A DNA stretch of 64,000 bases from an uncultured virus (IMG/VR IMGVR_UViG_3300006119_000007) (taxonomy: Duplodnaviria > Heunggongvirae > Uroviricota > Caudoviricetes). Shown one piece after another: positions 54,461 to 64,000 of the stretch (positions are counted from its first letter, which is position 1; every line of letters begins with the position of its first letter). The notes beneath the pieces were generated by a model. It searched no databases, was not told the origin of the DNA, and was given only the letters and a program-made list of their open reading frames with translations. The stretch lies in the IMG/VR virus record IMGVR_UViG_3300006119_000007, one strand, 5' to 3'. Made by a program: the position numbers and the translations under genes.

Positions 54461-56755
54461 TCAAGAGGTAGGATTTAAGGGCTCAAGTATTGGCCTTCCA
54501 TTTAAATCTGTCCAATTCGTAGAGATAATATGTGGATCGTGTCTTTCTCCAACGACCATCCAAGAGATCGTAGCAGTTGAGGTAGGATCTTGAGCAATAA
54601 TCGTAAGAGTACTGCCAGATATCGATCCCTTGACTAGAGTCCAATCAGTTTGATTTGTAAGGAATATCTGAGTGTTCTTACATAAAGCGACAAAAGTTCC
54701 AGAAGTCATACCAATGGTTTCATCGATATCAAGAGTCGCAGTTCCTGCGATAAGATCGACTGTTCCTCGATAAAGAAGATCGCAGTATGGACCTTCGATA
54801 AATGAATGAACTAATTGTTTTGTGGGAGCAAGAGCAGGAAGTGGGTGAGGTATTCTGAATGATCCAGATGCCTTTGAGACTGAACCATAGCACACGATGC
54901 CATTGCAATAAATTCCATTAAGATTACTATTTTGGCCGGGCCAAGAATAGAAAGCAGTGTTATTATAATCATAGTATAGCCCTGCGTACATGGAGTTTCC
55001 AGTTGCACTGATGTTACCACCACTTGCAGTCACTCCATACGTTGTGCTTACTCCTGCAAAAGTAACGAACGAATTCGTGTTAAGAGTTTGATTTGCTCCG
55101 GGACCAGAAGTACCTTGAATACCTTGTAAACCAGTTCCACCAGTAGAACCGGTATATCCCTGTGTGCCTTGAATTCCTTGATTACCATTGGTTCCATTCG
55201 TTCCGTTCGTACCTTGACGTCCTTGAATACCTTGTGAGCCAGTGCTTCCAGTATATCCTTGAATACCCTGAGAACCAGTTCCACCTGTTCCACCCGTGTA
55301 TCCTTGAATTCCTTGAGAACCAGTGCCACCAGTCGAACCTGTATAACCTTGAATGCCTTGCAATCCTGTTCCACCAGTACTTCCAGTGTAACCTTGGATA
55401 CCTTGAAGACCAGTTCCGCCCGTGGAACCGGTATAACCTTGAATTCCTTGAGAGCCTGTGCTTCCTGTAATACCTTGAATTCCTTGGGCTCCAGTACTTC
55501 CAGTGTAGCCTTGAATACCCTGAGAACCAGTCGAACCAGTTCCACCTGTATATCCTTGAATTCCTTGGATACCTTGTGAACCATTTAGTCCATTATTTCC
55601 TGCTGTGCCTTGAATGCCTTGTATTCCTTGCAAGCCTGTTGTTCCACTGTAGCCCTGAACACCATTTGTACCATTCGTACCAGCATTACCTTGCACGCCT
55701 TGAATACCCTGAGATCCTGCACCAGGAGGTCCTTGTATTCCATAATAACCTTGTACGCCTTGCACACCTTGAATACCCTGTGAACCTGCGCCTGCCGGAC
55801 CCTGAGTTCCATAATAGCCCTGAACGCCTTGAATTCCTTGTGATCCTTGAAGACCTGCTCCGGTCGATCCTTGAGTGCCATAGTATCCCTGAATACCAGT
55901 GATGCCCTGAAGTCCTTGGAGACCAGTTGCGCCAGTGATTCCTTGTATGCCTTGATTACCTGTATAGCCTTGAGCACCTGAGATTCCTAGAATACCCTGA
56001 ACTCCTTGTGAGCCTAGAGTTCCCTGAGAACCAGTTGCTCCTTGAACACCAGGAACTGAAGTTGAACTTAAAATTCCACTCGCAAACTGTATTCCACTTC
56101 CAAGAATTACGTTACTGAATCCACCAGAACCATTTCCATATAAGATACTTGTTCCAGAAGTTGCAGGAGCGTAGTCGACTCCAGAGTATGCACCAGAGAT
56201 TGCAGTTCCATCACCTTTTAACATTCCAGTCACAGTCGTCGTGAGTGTGATCGCTGGAGTCGTTGAGGAATTTAAAACTGTACCAGCGAATCCATTTGCA
56301 GTCGTTACAGTTACATTTGTGACTGATGCTGAGCTTGCAGTGAGTGTAGAACCAGTCAGCGTTAATCCAGTTCCAAGAGTAATGTTATTGAATCCACCTG
56401 AACCATTGCTTGTGAGTAACTGTGAGGTCGTACCGGTCGTTGCAGGAGCGTATGAGTTTGTATCAAGTGTAAACGTACCTGCACTCGTCATCTTTAAAAA
56501 AGATGGAGAAGCATAAGTGAGACTCGCAATTGAGGATAAGTTTGAGCCTGAACCAATGTTCAGGGTGCTATTATCCGTTCCAGAAAGTGTAAGTGTATTT
56601 GTAAGCGTTAACTTCTTTGCAGTCGTTCCACCATTGATCGACCAACCAATAGGTAGAGACGTAAGCTCAAGACCCTCAACAACTGTTGTTGCAAGAGTCG
56701 TGACTCCAAGAACAGTTAGATTACCTGTGACTGTGACATCGACTGGAGTAGACAT
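54461..56755 (-). CDS. Collagen-like tail fibre
   Basis: Long Gly-X-Y run and C-terminal GSFRIPHP...LVHSFIEGP...YRG...ER.D fibre/chaperone-like domain. Confidence 0.85.
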   Translation of the reverse strand: MSTPVDVTVTGNLTVLGVTTLATTVVEGLELTSLPIGWSINGGTTAKKLTLTNTLTLSGTDNSTLNIGSGSNLSSIASLTYASPSFLKMTSAGTFTLDTNSYAPATTGTTSQLLTSNGSGGFNNITLGTGLTLTGSTLTASSASVTNVTVTTANGFAGTVLNSSTTPAITLTTTVTGMLKGDGTAISGAYSGVDYAPATSGTSILYGNGSGGFSNVILGSGIQFASGILSSTSVPGVQGATGSQGTLGSQGVQGILGISGAQGYTGNQGIQGITGATGLQGLQGITGIQGYYGTQGSTGAGLQGSQGIQGVQGYYGTQGPAGAGSQGIQGVQGVQGYYGIQGPPGAGSQGIQGVQGNAGTNGTNGVQGYSGTTGLQGIQGIQGTAGNNGLNGSQGIQGIQGYTGGTGSTGSQGIQGYTGSTGAQGIQGITGSTGSQGIQGYTGSTGGTGLQGIQGYTGSTGGTGLQGIQGYTGSTGGTGSQGIQGYTGGTGGTGSQGIQGYTGSTGSQGIQGRQGTNGTNGTNGNQGIQGTQGYTGSTGGTGLQGIQGTSGPGANQTLNTNSFVTFAGVSTTYGVTASGGNISATGNSMYAGLYYDYNNTAFYSWPGQNSNLNGIYCNGIVCYGSVSKASGSFRIPHPLPALAPTKQLVHSFIEGPYCDLLYRGTVDLIAGTATLDIDETIGMTSGTFVALCKNTQIFLTNQTDWTLVKGSISGSTLTIIAQDPTSTATISWMVVGERHDPHIISTNWTDLNGRPILEPLNPTS
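55100..56050 (-). repeat. Collagen-like (Gly-X-Y)n coding repeat, units such as [14 protein letters not shown]
   Basis: 9-bp periodic ccttgaata/ccctgaatg-type repeats. Confidence 0.9.
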
Positions 56756-56758
56756 TGC

Positions 56759-57061
56759 TTACGTTGTTGTTGCAGGAGGTTTTGGCTTAGGAGCCGGAGG
56801 AGGCGGAAGTGACTGAATCGAAGTCTCTTGTGTGGACTTGAATCCAGCGTATCCAAGTATGATACCATTCGCAGTTCCAATATAGAGAGGAACTGTGGCA
56901 TCGATTCCTACGAAAGTGAGTTTTGAGATACAGATATAAACCCAGACAAAGAGTGGAGTGAAGATCAGAACTGGAACACATAACACGACAAGTAAACGAG
57001 TATGACTTGGTTTACCATGACCATCTGTTAAGAATCCGTGATTTTTATTCTTTTTCTTCAT
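56759..57061 (-). CDS. Two-TM membrane protein with Pro-rich tail (holin-like?)
   Basis: FLTD..G.PS.TRL followed by two hydrophobic helices; start set at MKKK. Confidence 0.6.
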   Translation of the reverse strand: MKKKNKNHGFLTDGHGKPSHTRLLVVLCVPVLIFTPLFVWVYICISKLTFVGIDATVPLYIGTANGIILGYAGFKSTQETSIQSLPPPPAPKPKPPATTT

Positions 57062-57072
57062 AGTAATAATAA

Positions 57073-57330
57073 TTATTCCTTCCACTTCTGAGCAGGACAT
57101 TGAGACGCTGTCATTTTTACTTTACCTGTCATATAGCAACCACACTTCATGCAGCGAATGGACTCTTTCTTAAAGAACTCGCAAGATTGGCATGTTTCCA
57201 ATCTTGCTTTTGCGACTTCTTCCGTTGCAAAGAATCCTCTATTCTGCAATGCTGCTTTAAAAGCATCGACTGCAGCAGAGGCAACATTTCCTGCCATCTG
57301 CGGAATAGAAGGAAATTCCTCACTCGACAT
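57073..57330 (-). CDS. Small Cys-rich (zinc-binding, DUF6171-like) protein
   Basis: RL..C..C......RC..CGC....K......CP..KW. Confidence 0.8.
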   Translation of the reverse strand: MSSEEFPSIPQMAGNVASAAVDAFKAALQNRGFFATEEVAKARLETCQSCEFFKKESIRCMKCGCYMTGKVKMTASQCPAQKWKE

Positions 57331-57339
57331 GTAAATGCC

Positions 57340-57810
57340 TTATGTTCCCTGAACGCCTTGAGTTCCCTGAGTACCTTGAGTTCCTTGAACACCCTGAGAA
57401 GCATCACCTGGATGAGCCTTATTGTATGCGTCTTCGTAATTTTGTTGATCCCAGCTAGTTGTTGATTCGTTCCAGACCCAAACTTTTCCAGGAACATAAT
57501 CTGGACGAGCGACTGGTGGATCCCAATGGCATGTCTCCTCATTTAATACCCAGGAAGGGAATGGTTGAGGTGGAATAAACGCATCACGAGCAGAGTCATA
57601 GGTATAGGAGTGTCCAGCGTAATTCTTACGTATTGGTGTTCCGCCAGTTCTATGAATACCACGGAATGTGTTATACGATGTCTGAACCCAAGTTCCACCT
57701 AGGCCAAGATCATTCGCAAGGAAGTCTTGACCACGGTGTTGCTGATCGTCACCGACAACCAGCACTCGAAGTACTTTTCCAGTTGAATCAATTTCAGCGA
57801 AGTGTGCCAT
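57340..57810 (-). CDS. Fibre-associated MAHFA-family protein with collagen tag
   Basis: MAHFAEID, WVQTSYN, RKNYAG..Y.YD...DAFIPPQPFPSW; ends in (QGx)6. Confidence 0.85.
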   Translation of the reverse strand: MAHFAEIDSTGKVLRVLVVGDDQQHRGQDFLANDLGLGGTWVQTSYNTFRGIHRTGGTPIRKNYAGHSYTYDSARDAFIPPQPFPSWVLNEETCHWDPPVARPDYVPGKVWVWNESTTSWDQQNYEDAYNKAHPGDASQGVQGTQGTQGTQGVQGT

Positions 57811-57837
57811 AAAATAGTTCCGATCAGATTATTTGGA

Positions 57838-58368
57838 TTATGTTCCCTGAACGCCTTGAGTTCCCTGAGTACCTTGTACTCCCTGAGTACCTTGTACTCC
57901 CTGAACGCCTTGTGCAGGAGCTGGAGCTGGAGTACTTTGCAGAGTTGCGGTAACAGGAGGATTGACCGAGTCGTCATTTCCTGCAGGAGAACCTGAACCA
58001 GCGCCAGTTGAAGGTACCCATGGAAGTGCCGAGTTATCAACACTCGTGATTGGATTTGCCTTTGCATCAATCTGAGCTTGGATCTGAGAGAGTACGTGAT
58101 CTTGGTATGAACCAATGACTACGCTTTCTAACCAGCTAGCAATCGTTGCTGAGGTCAGGGATGAGTAATTTGTAAAGCTTGAGACATTGATCTGCGATGG
58201 ATCAAATGGAGTTGCGCCTGAAAATGTACCAGTATTACCACTCGAGTCAGTGCCAGTCAAAGTCCATTGAACATGAACGACTGCATTTGTGAGGGTTGAA
58301 CCGCTTGGGTGAGCATAACTCTGAAGATACTTCAGATTATTGATTTTCCATGAATATGTGTTTGCCAT
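57838..58368 (-). CDS. Fibre-associated hypothetical protein with collagen tag
   Basis: YSW.I..L...V..V.W...G, F..Y..LT...W and LPW; ends in (QGx)8. Confidence 0.8.
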   Translation of the reverse strand: MANTYSWKINNLKYLQSYAHPSGSTLTNAVVHVQWTLTGTDSSGNTGTFSGATPFDPSQINVSSFTNYSSLTSATIASWLESVVIGSYQDHVLSQIQAQIDAKANPITSVDNSALPWVPSTGAGSGSPAGNDDSVNPPVTATLQSTPAPAPAQGVQGVQGTQGVQGTQGTQGVQGT

Positions 58369-58375
58369 AGTCTAC

Positions 58376-58383
58376 TATTTATT
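58376..58383 (-). promoter_or_regulatory. Late promoter variant AATAAATA
   Basis: One mismatch; directly upstream of an ORF. Confidence 0.55.
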
Positions 58384-58423
58384 AGTTGTTTGATTCGTTG
58401 TTTTTCTTTAAATTATTGAATTG

Positions 58424-60157
58424 TTATATCCAGAATACTGCCATACCAGAGCCACCGGCACCGCCCTGAGCTGAATAACCGCCACCGCCGCCACCGCCGC
58501 CACCGGTATTGACTGAGCCGGCTGAACCAGAATCATTTTGTCCTAATTCAGTACCCCAACGTGCAGTTCCTGCTCCGCCTCCACCATAACCACCCGCTGG
58601 ATAAGTGTAAGAGTTATTGTCTGGATAACAGCCACCACCACCTCCGCCAACTGCGTAAGATGTGATCGTAGTAGAGATATTACCACCGGCGCCACCAGCA
58701 CCACCCGAATCAGTTGCGGATGCTTGCCAACCACCACCGCCACCACCGCCACTTGAGTAACCTGCATTACCTTGGCCGGATGTACCACCACAACCACCTC
58801 CACCACCAGATCCACCTGATGTACAACCTGATTGATACGAGTTACCAGCGCCACCATAGACCGCAGTAAGACCTAATGCTGTGGAACTATTTCCTTGAGA
58901 TGTACTATTGAATCCAGAAGTATGTGCACCACCTGCACCAATTACGACTGAATAAGTTCCAGCACTGACTGACATCGAGCCAGTCAAGACACCACCTGCA
59001 CCACCACCGCCACCATTGTTTGAACCGCCAGATCCACCACCAGCTACGATTGCGTAATTCAATGTACCAGAACCAGTGACTGTGAGAGTTCCAGATGAGG
59101 TAAAGAGTGCTTGAGTATGAGATCCACTTGTACTTACTGTTCCGCCTGAGATTGATAATGAAGAAGATGTATAAAAAGGTAAGAAAGTGATCGAGCCAGA
59201 ATTTGTAAAACTGTAAACTTTATTGCTTCCTACGGTTGTAACTGAAGGAGAACCAGTTGTAGAAGCTGCCGCTGCAGGTGAAGATATGATTACAATTCCA
59301 GATCCACCATTTCCTGCGTATCCGCAAGAGCTACAACCACCTGCATTTGGGGCACCGCCACCTCCTCCACCAGTACCTGCGGAACCACTATTTCCGTTAC
59401 CTTGATAAGAAGCCCCGCCAGAACCGCCTCCGCCAGATCCACCATTTCCTGCTGCATTGCCGAAACGAGTATCAGCTCCACCTCCACCACCACCTGCGTA
59501 ATAGACAGATGAGCCTGTGATTGAGGAAGCTAGACCTGCGCCACCGTCTCCACCATATCCATCACTACCACCAGCTGCTCCTGCTCCGCCGCCGCCGCCA
59601 CCACCATAGGATCCGCAACCAGCGTTAGAACCATTATTTCCTTGTCCAGAAGTACCACTACCACCTGAGTTACCGCATCCGTAACCACCGCCACCTCCAC
59701 CGGAACCACCTGGATTACCTCCTCGAGATCCACTATGGTTTTCAAATCCGCCACCGCCACCTGCTGTTGCAGTATTTCCAAAAGCGCTTGAGTTGTTTCC
59801 ATTTCCCCAGACATCTCCTTGAGCTGCCGCACCGCCGCCACCAATCGTGATGGTATAAGAAGTTTCACCAGATATTGTAGCAGATCCAGTCAACATACCT
59901 CCTGCACCACCGCCGCCACCTGGATCATTACCAGCGTCACCTTCACCGCCGCCAGCTGCACCTCCTGCTACGATAAGATAATTAATAGAAAAGCTATTTG
60001 ACTTACCGTATCCATCAGAGAACGAGATTGCACCTGAGAGCTTATTGAAAAGCGACCTCACTGTGGCATCGTTCATGGAGATCTGCGCAGTCGATCCGAA
60101 TGTCATTTCGGTATCGACCTGACTCAAAGAGATAGCGCCTGATGAAGGGAGTGACAT
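58424..60157 (-). CDS. Glycine-rich adhesin / fibre-tip protein with two Gly-rich domains
   Basis: MSLPSSGAISLS...ISFSD.YGKS leader and two YLIVAGG...GGSG.V units. Confidence 0.85.
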   Translation of the reverse strand: MSLPSSGAISLSQVDTEMTFGSTAQISMNDATVRSLFNKLSGAISFSDGYGKSNSFSINYLIVAGGAAGGGEGDAGNDPGGGGGAGGMLTGSATISGETSYTITIGGGGAAAQGDVWGNGNNSSAFGNTATAGGGGGFENHSGSRGGNPGGSGGGGGGYGCGNSGGSGTSGQGNNGSNAGCGSYGGGGGGGAGAAGGSDGYGGDGGAGLASSITGSSVYYAGGGGGGADTRFGNAAGNGGSGGGGSGGASYQGNGNSGSAGTGGGGGGAPNAGGCSSCGYAGNGGSGIVIISSPAAAASTTGSPSVTTVGSNKVYSFTNSGSITFLPFYTSSSLSISGGTVSTSGSHTQALFTSSGTLTVTGSGTLNYAIVAGGGSGGSNNGGGGGAGGVLTGSMSVSAGTYSVVIGAGGAHTSGFNSTSQGNSSTALGLTAVYGGAGNSYQSGCTSGGSGGGGGCGGTSGQGNAGYSSGGGGGGGWQASATDSGGAGGAGGNISTTITSYAVGGGGGGCYPDNNSYTYPAGGYGGGGAGTARWGTELGQNDSGSAGSVNTGGGGGGGGGYSAQGGAGGSGMAVFWI

Positions 60158-60159
60158 GA

Positions 60160-63156
60160 TTACTTGTTAGAAGAACTGTTCTCGAGTTGCTCTACTCTTG
60201 CAGTGAGTTCCTTGATCGCTTCGATTAAGAGAGGAACAAGACGACCGTAGTCAAGAGTCTTGTACTCTGGTATATTCGTATCTACAACTTCGTCCTCATT
60301 TGGAGAAGATTTCTTTTGAGAGATCGGAGCAATCTCGATCAATTCAGGAAGTATCTTTTCGACTTCCTGTGCAGAAACGCCCAGCTCACGTTTCTTCTTA
60401 TAACCAAGTGCAACTGCTGTATCATTTGCAGTGTAGTAGAAACCATTCAGAGATCTTACTTTATCAAGTGCATTTGGAATATTTCCCTCGATGTCTTTTA
60501 ATCTTTCATCTGAGTAATAAGCAGTGATGTTACCTGTAGCGGTAATAGCACCAGCTACTGCAAGGGTGGAACCGCCGTTTAACTGATAATTAGTTCCGTC
60601 AAAGTAAAGATAATTTTGACCATTACTTGCAAAGTAATATACTCCACCAGTACCGTTGCTTCTTCTTGAATTGATATCACCAATGGTTGAAATGCTACTT
60701 CCACCTGGGAAACTAATTGCACCAGCAAAGTTTGCTGCGTTTAGAGAAGAGGTACCACCGGGCTGAAGATAATAACTATTATTCTGATCATAATAATTTA
60801 CTGCATAAAAACTATAACAGCCAAGACCGCCGCCTGAAACTGCTTGATAAGGATTATTGATCGCAGTTGACGATACTGCCGCTGTACCTACACCAGTCTG
60901 AGCAGTGTAGGTAGTCGAGTGAGGAATTGGTATCGCCAATCCGGTATTATTGTATAATCCTGACACTGAGAAGTAATATTGCCCACCGCCTCGAAGCCAA
61001 ACGACTTCTTCACTTGAAGTTCCTAGTTGGCTAATACCTCCGCATATTGTCGAATTAGTAAATGCTTCTGCATACGAATGAATTCTTCTCAAAACCGGTG
61101 AAGTTCCCCAACCACTTCCATTGACTTCCCAATCTAGAATAAGAGTAAATCCACTTGGGTGTGTTGACCAACTAGGAACATTTGAACTTAACGCATTCTC
61201 AATTCTTATTCTTGTAGTATATGCTGGATCTAGTTGAATTGTGACTGGATAGAAATTACTTGTACTATACGTACTCGTATTGCTCATGTCAATCGTAGTG
61301 GTTTGTCTCACAATACGATTCCCAACACGTAAGGTTAATAAATTCGAGAATGAGCTAGGTTGTACATAATAAGCTGTATTGGCATTATCATAAATGATAC
61401 CATTTGTACCAATATTACCAGGAACGTATAAATTATATCCAACATCTACTGCACTATTATAGCCAATTGTCGTATTTCCAGTATCGCCTCTTACGACAAA
61501 TCTATATTTGCCAGCGCCTCTATCATATAGAATAAACGAAGGATCATTTGTAGCTTGAAACTCCCAATTATGTGCGCTAGAAGGATTGAACTCAAGACCA
61601 GCAGATGATCCAGATGAAGAGAGTCTAGCCTGAGTGTAGGTACTATTTGTGATTTGTAGTCCTGTTCCTCCAGAAGCTAATGATGGATTATTTGTACCAA
61701 GACCTAAATTTCCACCACTCGTCAAACGCATTTGCTCTACCCAGCTTCCACTTGGATAACCTGTAAAAACTAAAGCACTTTGTGGAGTAGTGATACCTGC
61801 CGGTGCCAATCCTATAGATGCTGCATAAGATGGAGTCGAATCTTTCCAAAATTCAACACTATTATTTGTAGAAATAGAATTGATTTTTAATCGAGTCGTG
61901 CTATTCAGATCTATTAATGCAGCACCATTGTTGATCTGTGCGCTACCTGCGATAATAGTATTATTGAACGTATTTGAAGCTCCAGTCCATGTATTCGTCG
62001 TGCCTAATATGGAAGCACCTGAGGTACCTTGAGTTCCAGCTCCAGTTGTTCCTTGAGGTCCGGTATATCCTTGAATACCCTGAATACCTTGGCTACCATT
62101 CGAACCGACGAAACCTGCAGTTCCTTGAATACCGGTTAAACCCTGAATGCCTTGGATACCTTGAGTGCCTTGAATGCTTGTACCTTGAATACCTTGGATA
62201 CCCTGATTTCCGTAACTACCTTGAATACCCTGGATTCCTTGAGCACCGGTGATTCCTTGAGTTCCTTGCGTACCTTGGATACCCTGAATACCTTGCACGC
62301 CATTTGTGCCAGAGATACCCTGAATTCCTTGAATACCCTGAACGCTTGCGCCTTGAATACCTTGTATGCCCTGAGCTCCAGTGATACCCTGTGTACCAGT
62401 GATTCCTTGAATACCCTGAGCGCCAGTGATTCCTTGAATGCCCTGAGCTCCAGTGATGCCTTGATTTCCTTGAATACCCTGTGTACCCTGAGGTCCTACC
62501 TGAGTGTAAGTCACTTGTGTTGCAGTTAAGATAACACCTGGACTGACTGGATAAACTGGATTTGTTCCTGCTGCAAGAGTCTGAATCGTGACAGACGTGC
62601 TATCAACTCTCCACATGAGCTGGAGATAATCGCCTGCATTGAGAGCAAGCACTAAATTGTAAGAAGCCAGCATCAATCCATTCGTACTACCATGCTTTGA
62701 CGGGATTGCAATTTCACCTGCGCTCGCTGGGATATCGGTTCCATTCTTTCTGAACCAAACTTCTGAATTACCAACTGCGCTGTCTGTATTTGCGAACTGA
62801 ATCGAGAACTGAATATTGTATGTTGCACCATGGACGAAGTATACTTGATTTCCATTATTGATCTGAACACCATTGCTGTTTGGATCATAGCTTCCAATAT
62901 TGACTGGATATGCAGTTGTGGTATTCGCTGCGGTTTGATTCGTGGTATCGTAGAATGAACCCCAGTAAGCGATCGTACCACCAGCACCTTGAGCTCCTTG
63001 AATACCCTGTGTACCCTGAAGACCCTGAACGCCCTGAGTACCCTGTGTTCCAGTGTTACTCTGCCAAGAGTTCTGAGTGCTGCTCCAGGTCCAGATACGA
63101 CCTCCGGATGTAAATGTTTGACCATTGGTCGGGGAATTTGGAAAATCGAGTGCCAT
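60160..63156 (-). CDS. Long tail fibre: collagen segments, C1q/BclA-like domain, S74 intramolecular chaperone
   Basis: MALDFP.SP..GQ leader, Gly-X-Gln repeats, YSDERLK, G.SAQEV..ILPE and Y.RLVPLLIEAIKEL. Confidence 0.9.
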   Translation of the reverse strand: MALDFPNSPTNGQTFTSGGRIWTWSSTQNSWQSNTGTQGTQGVQGLQGTQGIQGAQGAGGTIAYWGSFYDTTNQTAANTTTAYPVNIGSYDPNSNGVQINNGNQVYFVHGATYNIQFSIQFANTDSAVGNSEVWFRKNGTDIPASAGEIAIPSKHGSTNGLMLASYNLVLALNAGDYLQLMWRVDSTSVTIQTLAAGTNPVYPVSPGVILTATQVTYTQVGPQGTQGIQGNQGITGAQGIQGITGAQGIQGITGTQGITGAQGIQGIQGASVQGIQGIQGISGTNGVQGIQGIQGTQGTQGITGAQGIQGIQGSYGNQGIQGIQGTSIQGTQGIQGIQGLTGIQGTAGFVGSNGSQGIQGIQGYTGPQGTTGAGTQGTSGASILGTTNTWTGASNTFNNTIIAGSAQINNGAALIDLNSTTRLKINSISTNNSVEFWKDSTPSYAASIGLAPAGITTPQSALVFTGYPSGSWVEQMRLTSGGNLGLGTNNPSLASGGTGLQITNSTYTQARLSSSGSSAGLEFNPSSAHNWEFQATNDPSFILYDRGAGKYRFVVRGDTGNTTIGYNSAVDVGYNLYVPGNIGTNGIIYDNANTAYYVQPSSFSNLLTLRVGNRIVRQTTTIDMSNTSTYSTSNFYPVTIQLDPAYTTRIRIENALSSNVPSWSTHPSGFTLILDWEVNGSGWGTSPVLRRIHSYAEAFTNSTICGGISQLGTSSEEVVWLRGGGQYYFSVSGLYNNTGLAIPIPHSTTYTAQTGVGTAAVSSTAINNPYQAVSGGGLGCYSFYAVNYYDQNNSYYLQPGGTSSLNAANFAGAISFPGGSSISTIGDINSRRSNGTGGVYYFASNGQNYLYFDGTNYQLNGGSTLAVAGAITATGNITAYYSDERLKDIEGNIPNALDKVRSLNGFYYTANDTAVALGYKKKRELGVSAQEVEKILPELIEIAPISQKKSSPNEDEVVDTNIPEYKTLDYGRLVPLLIEAIKELTARVEQLENSSSNK
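62010..62500 (-). repeat. Collagen-like (GIQ/GTQ/GAQ)n coding repeat
   Basis: Tandem 9/27-bp periodicity. Confidence 0.9.
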
Positions 63157-63170
63157 AAAAATTATTTACC

Positions 63171-63178
63171 TATTTATT
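63171..63178 (-). promoter_or_regulatory. Late promoter variant AATAAATA
   Basis: Upstream of the long fibre gene. Confidence 0.55.
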
Positions 63179-63186
63179 AATGAAAA

Positions 63187-63663
63187 TTAAGGTCCTTGGA
63201 CGCCCTGAACTCCTTGACTACCTTGTACTCCTTGAGTGGATTGCACGCCTTGTACGGACTGAGTCATTGGAATAGGTTGCGATACCCATGCTTTTGTTGG
63301 TTCATCCCAGACCCATATTGAACCATCAACTGCTGTTGGCATTGGTACTGGTGCGTCCCATAATCCTGTATCAGTATTGAGTATCCATGATGGATATGGT
63401 TGTGGTGGCACAAATGCATCAATGCTAGCATTGTAGCTGTAACCCAAGCCAGCATAGTTCTTGCGCAGTGCAACACCACCATCAGGCTTGCCATCAGGAC
63501 CATAGTGAACACCACCACGTGTGTTGTAGCTTGTTTGTACCCAGAGACCGCCAAGGCCAAGATCCTTGGACAAGTAATCACTGCCACGTGATGCTTGATC
63601 ATCAGGGACAACGAGTACATTGATAACCTTACTATTTATGTCGATTTGTGCGAAGTGTGCCAT
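63187..63663 (-). CDS. Second MAHFA-family protein with collagen tag
   Basis: Clear paralogue of 57340..57810; ends [24 protein letters not shown]. Confidence 0.85.
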   Translation of the reverse strand: MAHFAQIDINSKVINVLVVPDDQASRGSDYLSKDLGLGGLWVQTSYNTRGGVHYGPDGKPDGGVALRKNYAGLGYSYNASIDAFVPPQPYPSWILNTDTGLWDAPVPMPTAVDGSIWVWDEPTKAWVSQPIPMTQSVQGVQSTQGVQGSQGVQGVQGP

Positions 63664-63677
63664 GATGTTATGTGATA

Positions 63678-64000
63678 TTAAAATGTGATACTACCAGATG
63701 CAGTGAATTTGTAAACATTGTAACCATTAGCAGTGGTCAGTGTGGGCGAACCCGTGGTGCTAGCAGCAGTAGTATAGGTAGATGGGTAGGCTAATATGAC
63801 TACGCCAGAACCACCTGCTCCTGAATCACCACCGCCCCCACCACCAGTATTAGTTCCTGCATTAGTACCACCACCAGCAACACCTTTCCCACCACCGCCC
63901 ATGCCTCCATAACCGCTACCTTGACCACCACCACCGCCTGCGTAAGAAGCACCAAATGGGTTTTGGGAGGCTATGTATGGAGAACCTACTGTTGTTATTG
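63678..64000 (-). CDS. 3' part of a glycine-rich adhesin-like gene (begins beyond the window)
   Basis: Frame is open to position 64000; ends GGSGVVILAYP...VYKFTASGSITF. Confidence 0.85.
   Translation of the reverse strand, partial: ITTVGSPYIASQNPFGASYAGGGGGQGSGYGGMGGGGKGVAGGGTNAGTNTGGGGGGDSGAGGSGVVILAYPSTYTTAASTTGSPTLTTANGYNVYKFTASGSITF

Noticed and set aside
55100..62500. Periodic repeats as a possible CRISPR array or DGR template/variable pair
   Set aside because: They have 9-bp codon periodicity with synonymous variation and no unique spacers. No cas or reverse transcriptase gene and no adenine-specific mismatch pair were seen.
191..63591. Numerous plus-strand ORFs and alternative-frame minus ORFs in the track
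   Set aside because: All overlap well-supported minus-strand genes and lack motifs. They are shadows of codon bias or of the collagen/Gly repeats.
1..64000. Stop-codon reassignment
   Set aside because: Core genes translate full length in the standard code, and TAA, TGA and TAG are all used as stops.

Overview
This window is 64 kb of an AT-rich T4-like (myovirus) phage genome, not a bacterial chromosome. Essentially all real genes lie on the minus strand. Read in transcription order (64000 to 1), it contains: (1) a tail-fibre/adhesin region with Gln/Thr-rich collagen-like fibres; (2) neck, terminase, tail and head genes (13, 14, 15, 16, 17, 18, 19, 20, core, 21, 22, 23, 3); (3) uvsY, uvsW, 55, 47, 46, a VWA/MoxR pair, 45, dsbA, 44, 62, regA, hsp20 and 43; (4) a cytosine-modification cluster (MazG-like, AEP, nuclease, Nmad-like, dCMP hydroxymethylase, dCMP deaminase, SMUG1-like glycosylase, alpha-glucosyltransferase, atypical C5-methyltransferase); (5) uvsX, 41 and early hypothetical genes; (6) a late operon with a nuclease and two glycosyltransferases; (7) a cluster of modular, His-rich putative internal-head polyproteins. 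T4-type early promoters (TTTACA/TGTACA-N16-17-TAnnnT) and late promoters (TATAAATA) are recognisable. The best candidates for undescribed biology are: a C5-MTase with decayed SAM motifs plus a SMUG1-like glycosylase inside the hmC operon; protease-site-delimited internal polyproteins; short collagen tags appended to small fibre-associated proteins; and several RNA structures (a ROSE-like hsp20 thermometer, an H-type pseudoknot, twin hairpins and a candidate ncRNA). No tRNA, CRISPR array, intron, intein or transposase was seen. All assignments come from motif recognition by eye; no database search was run.
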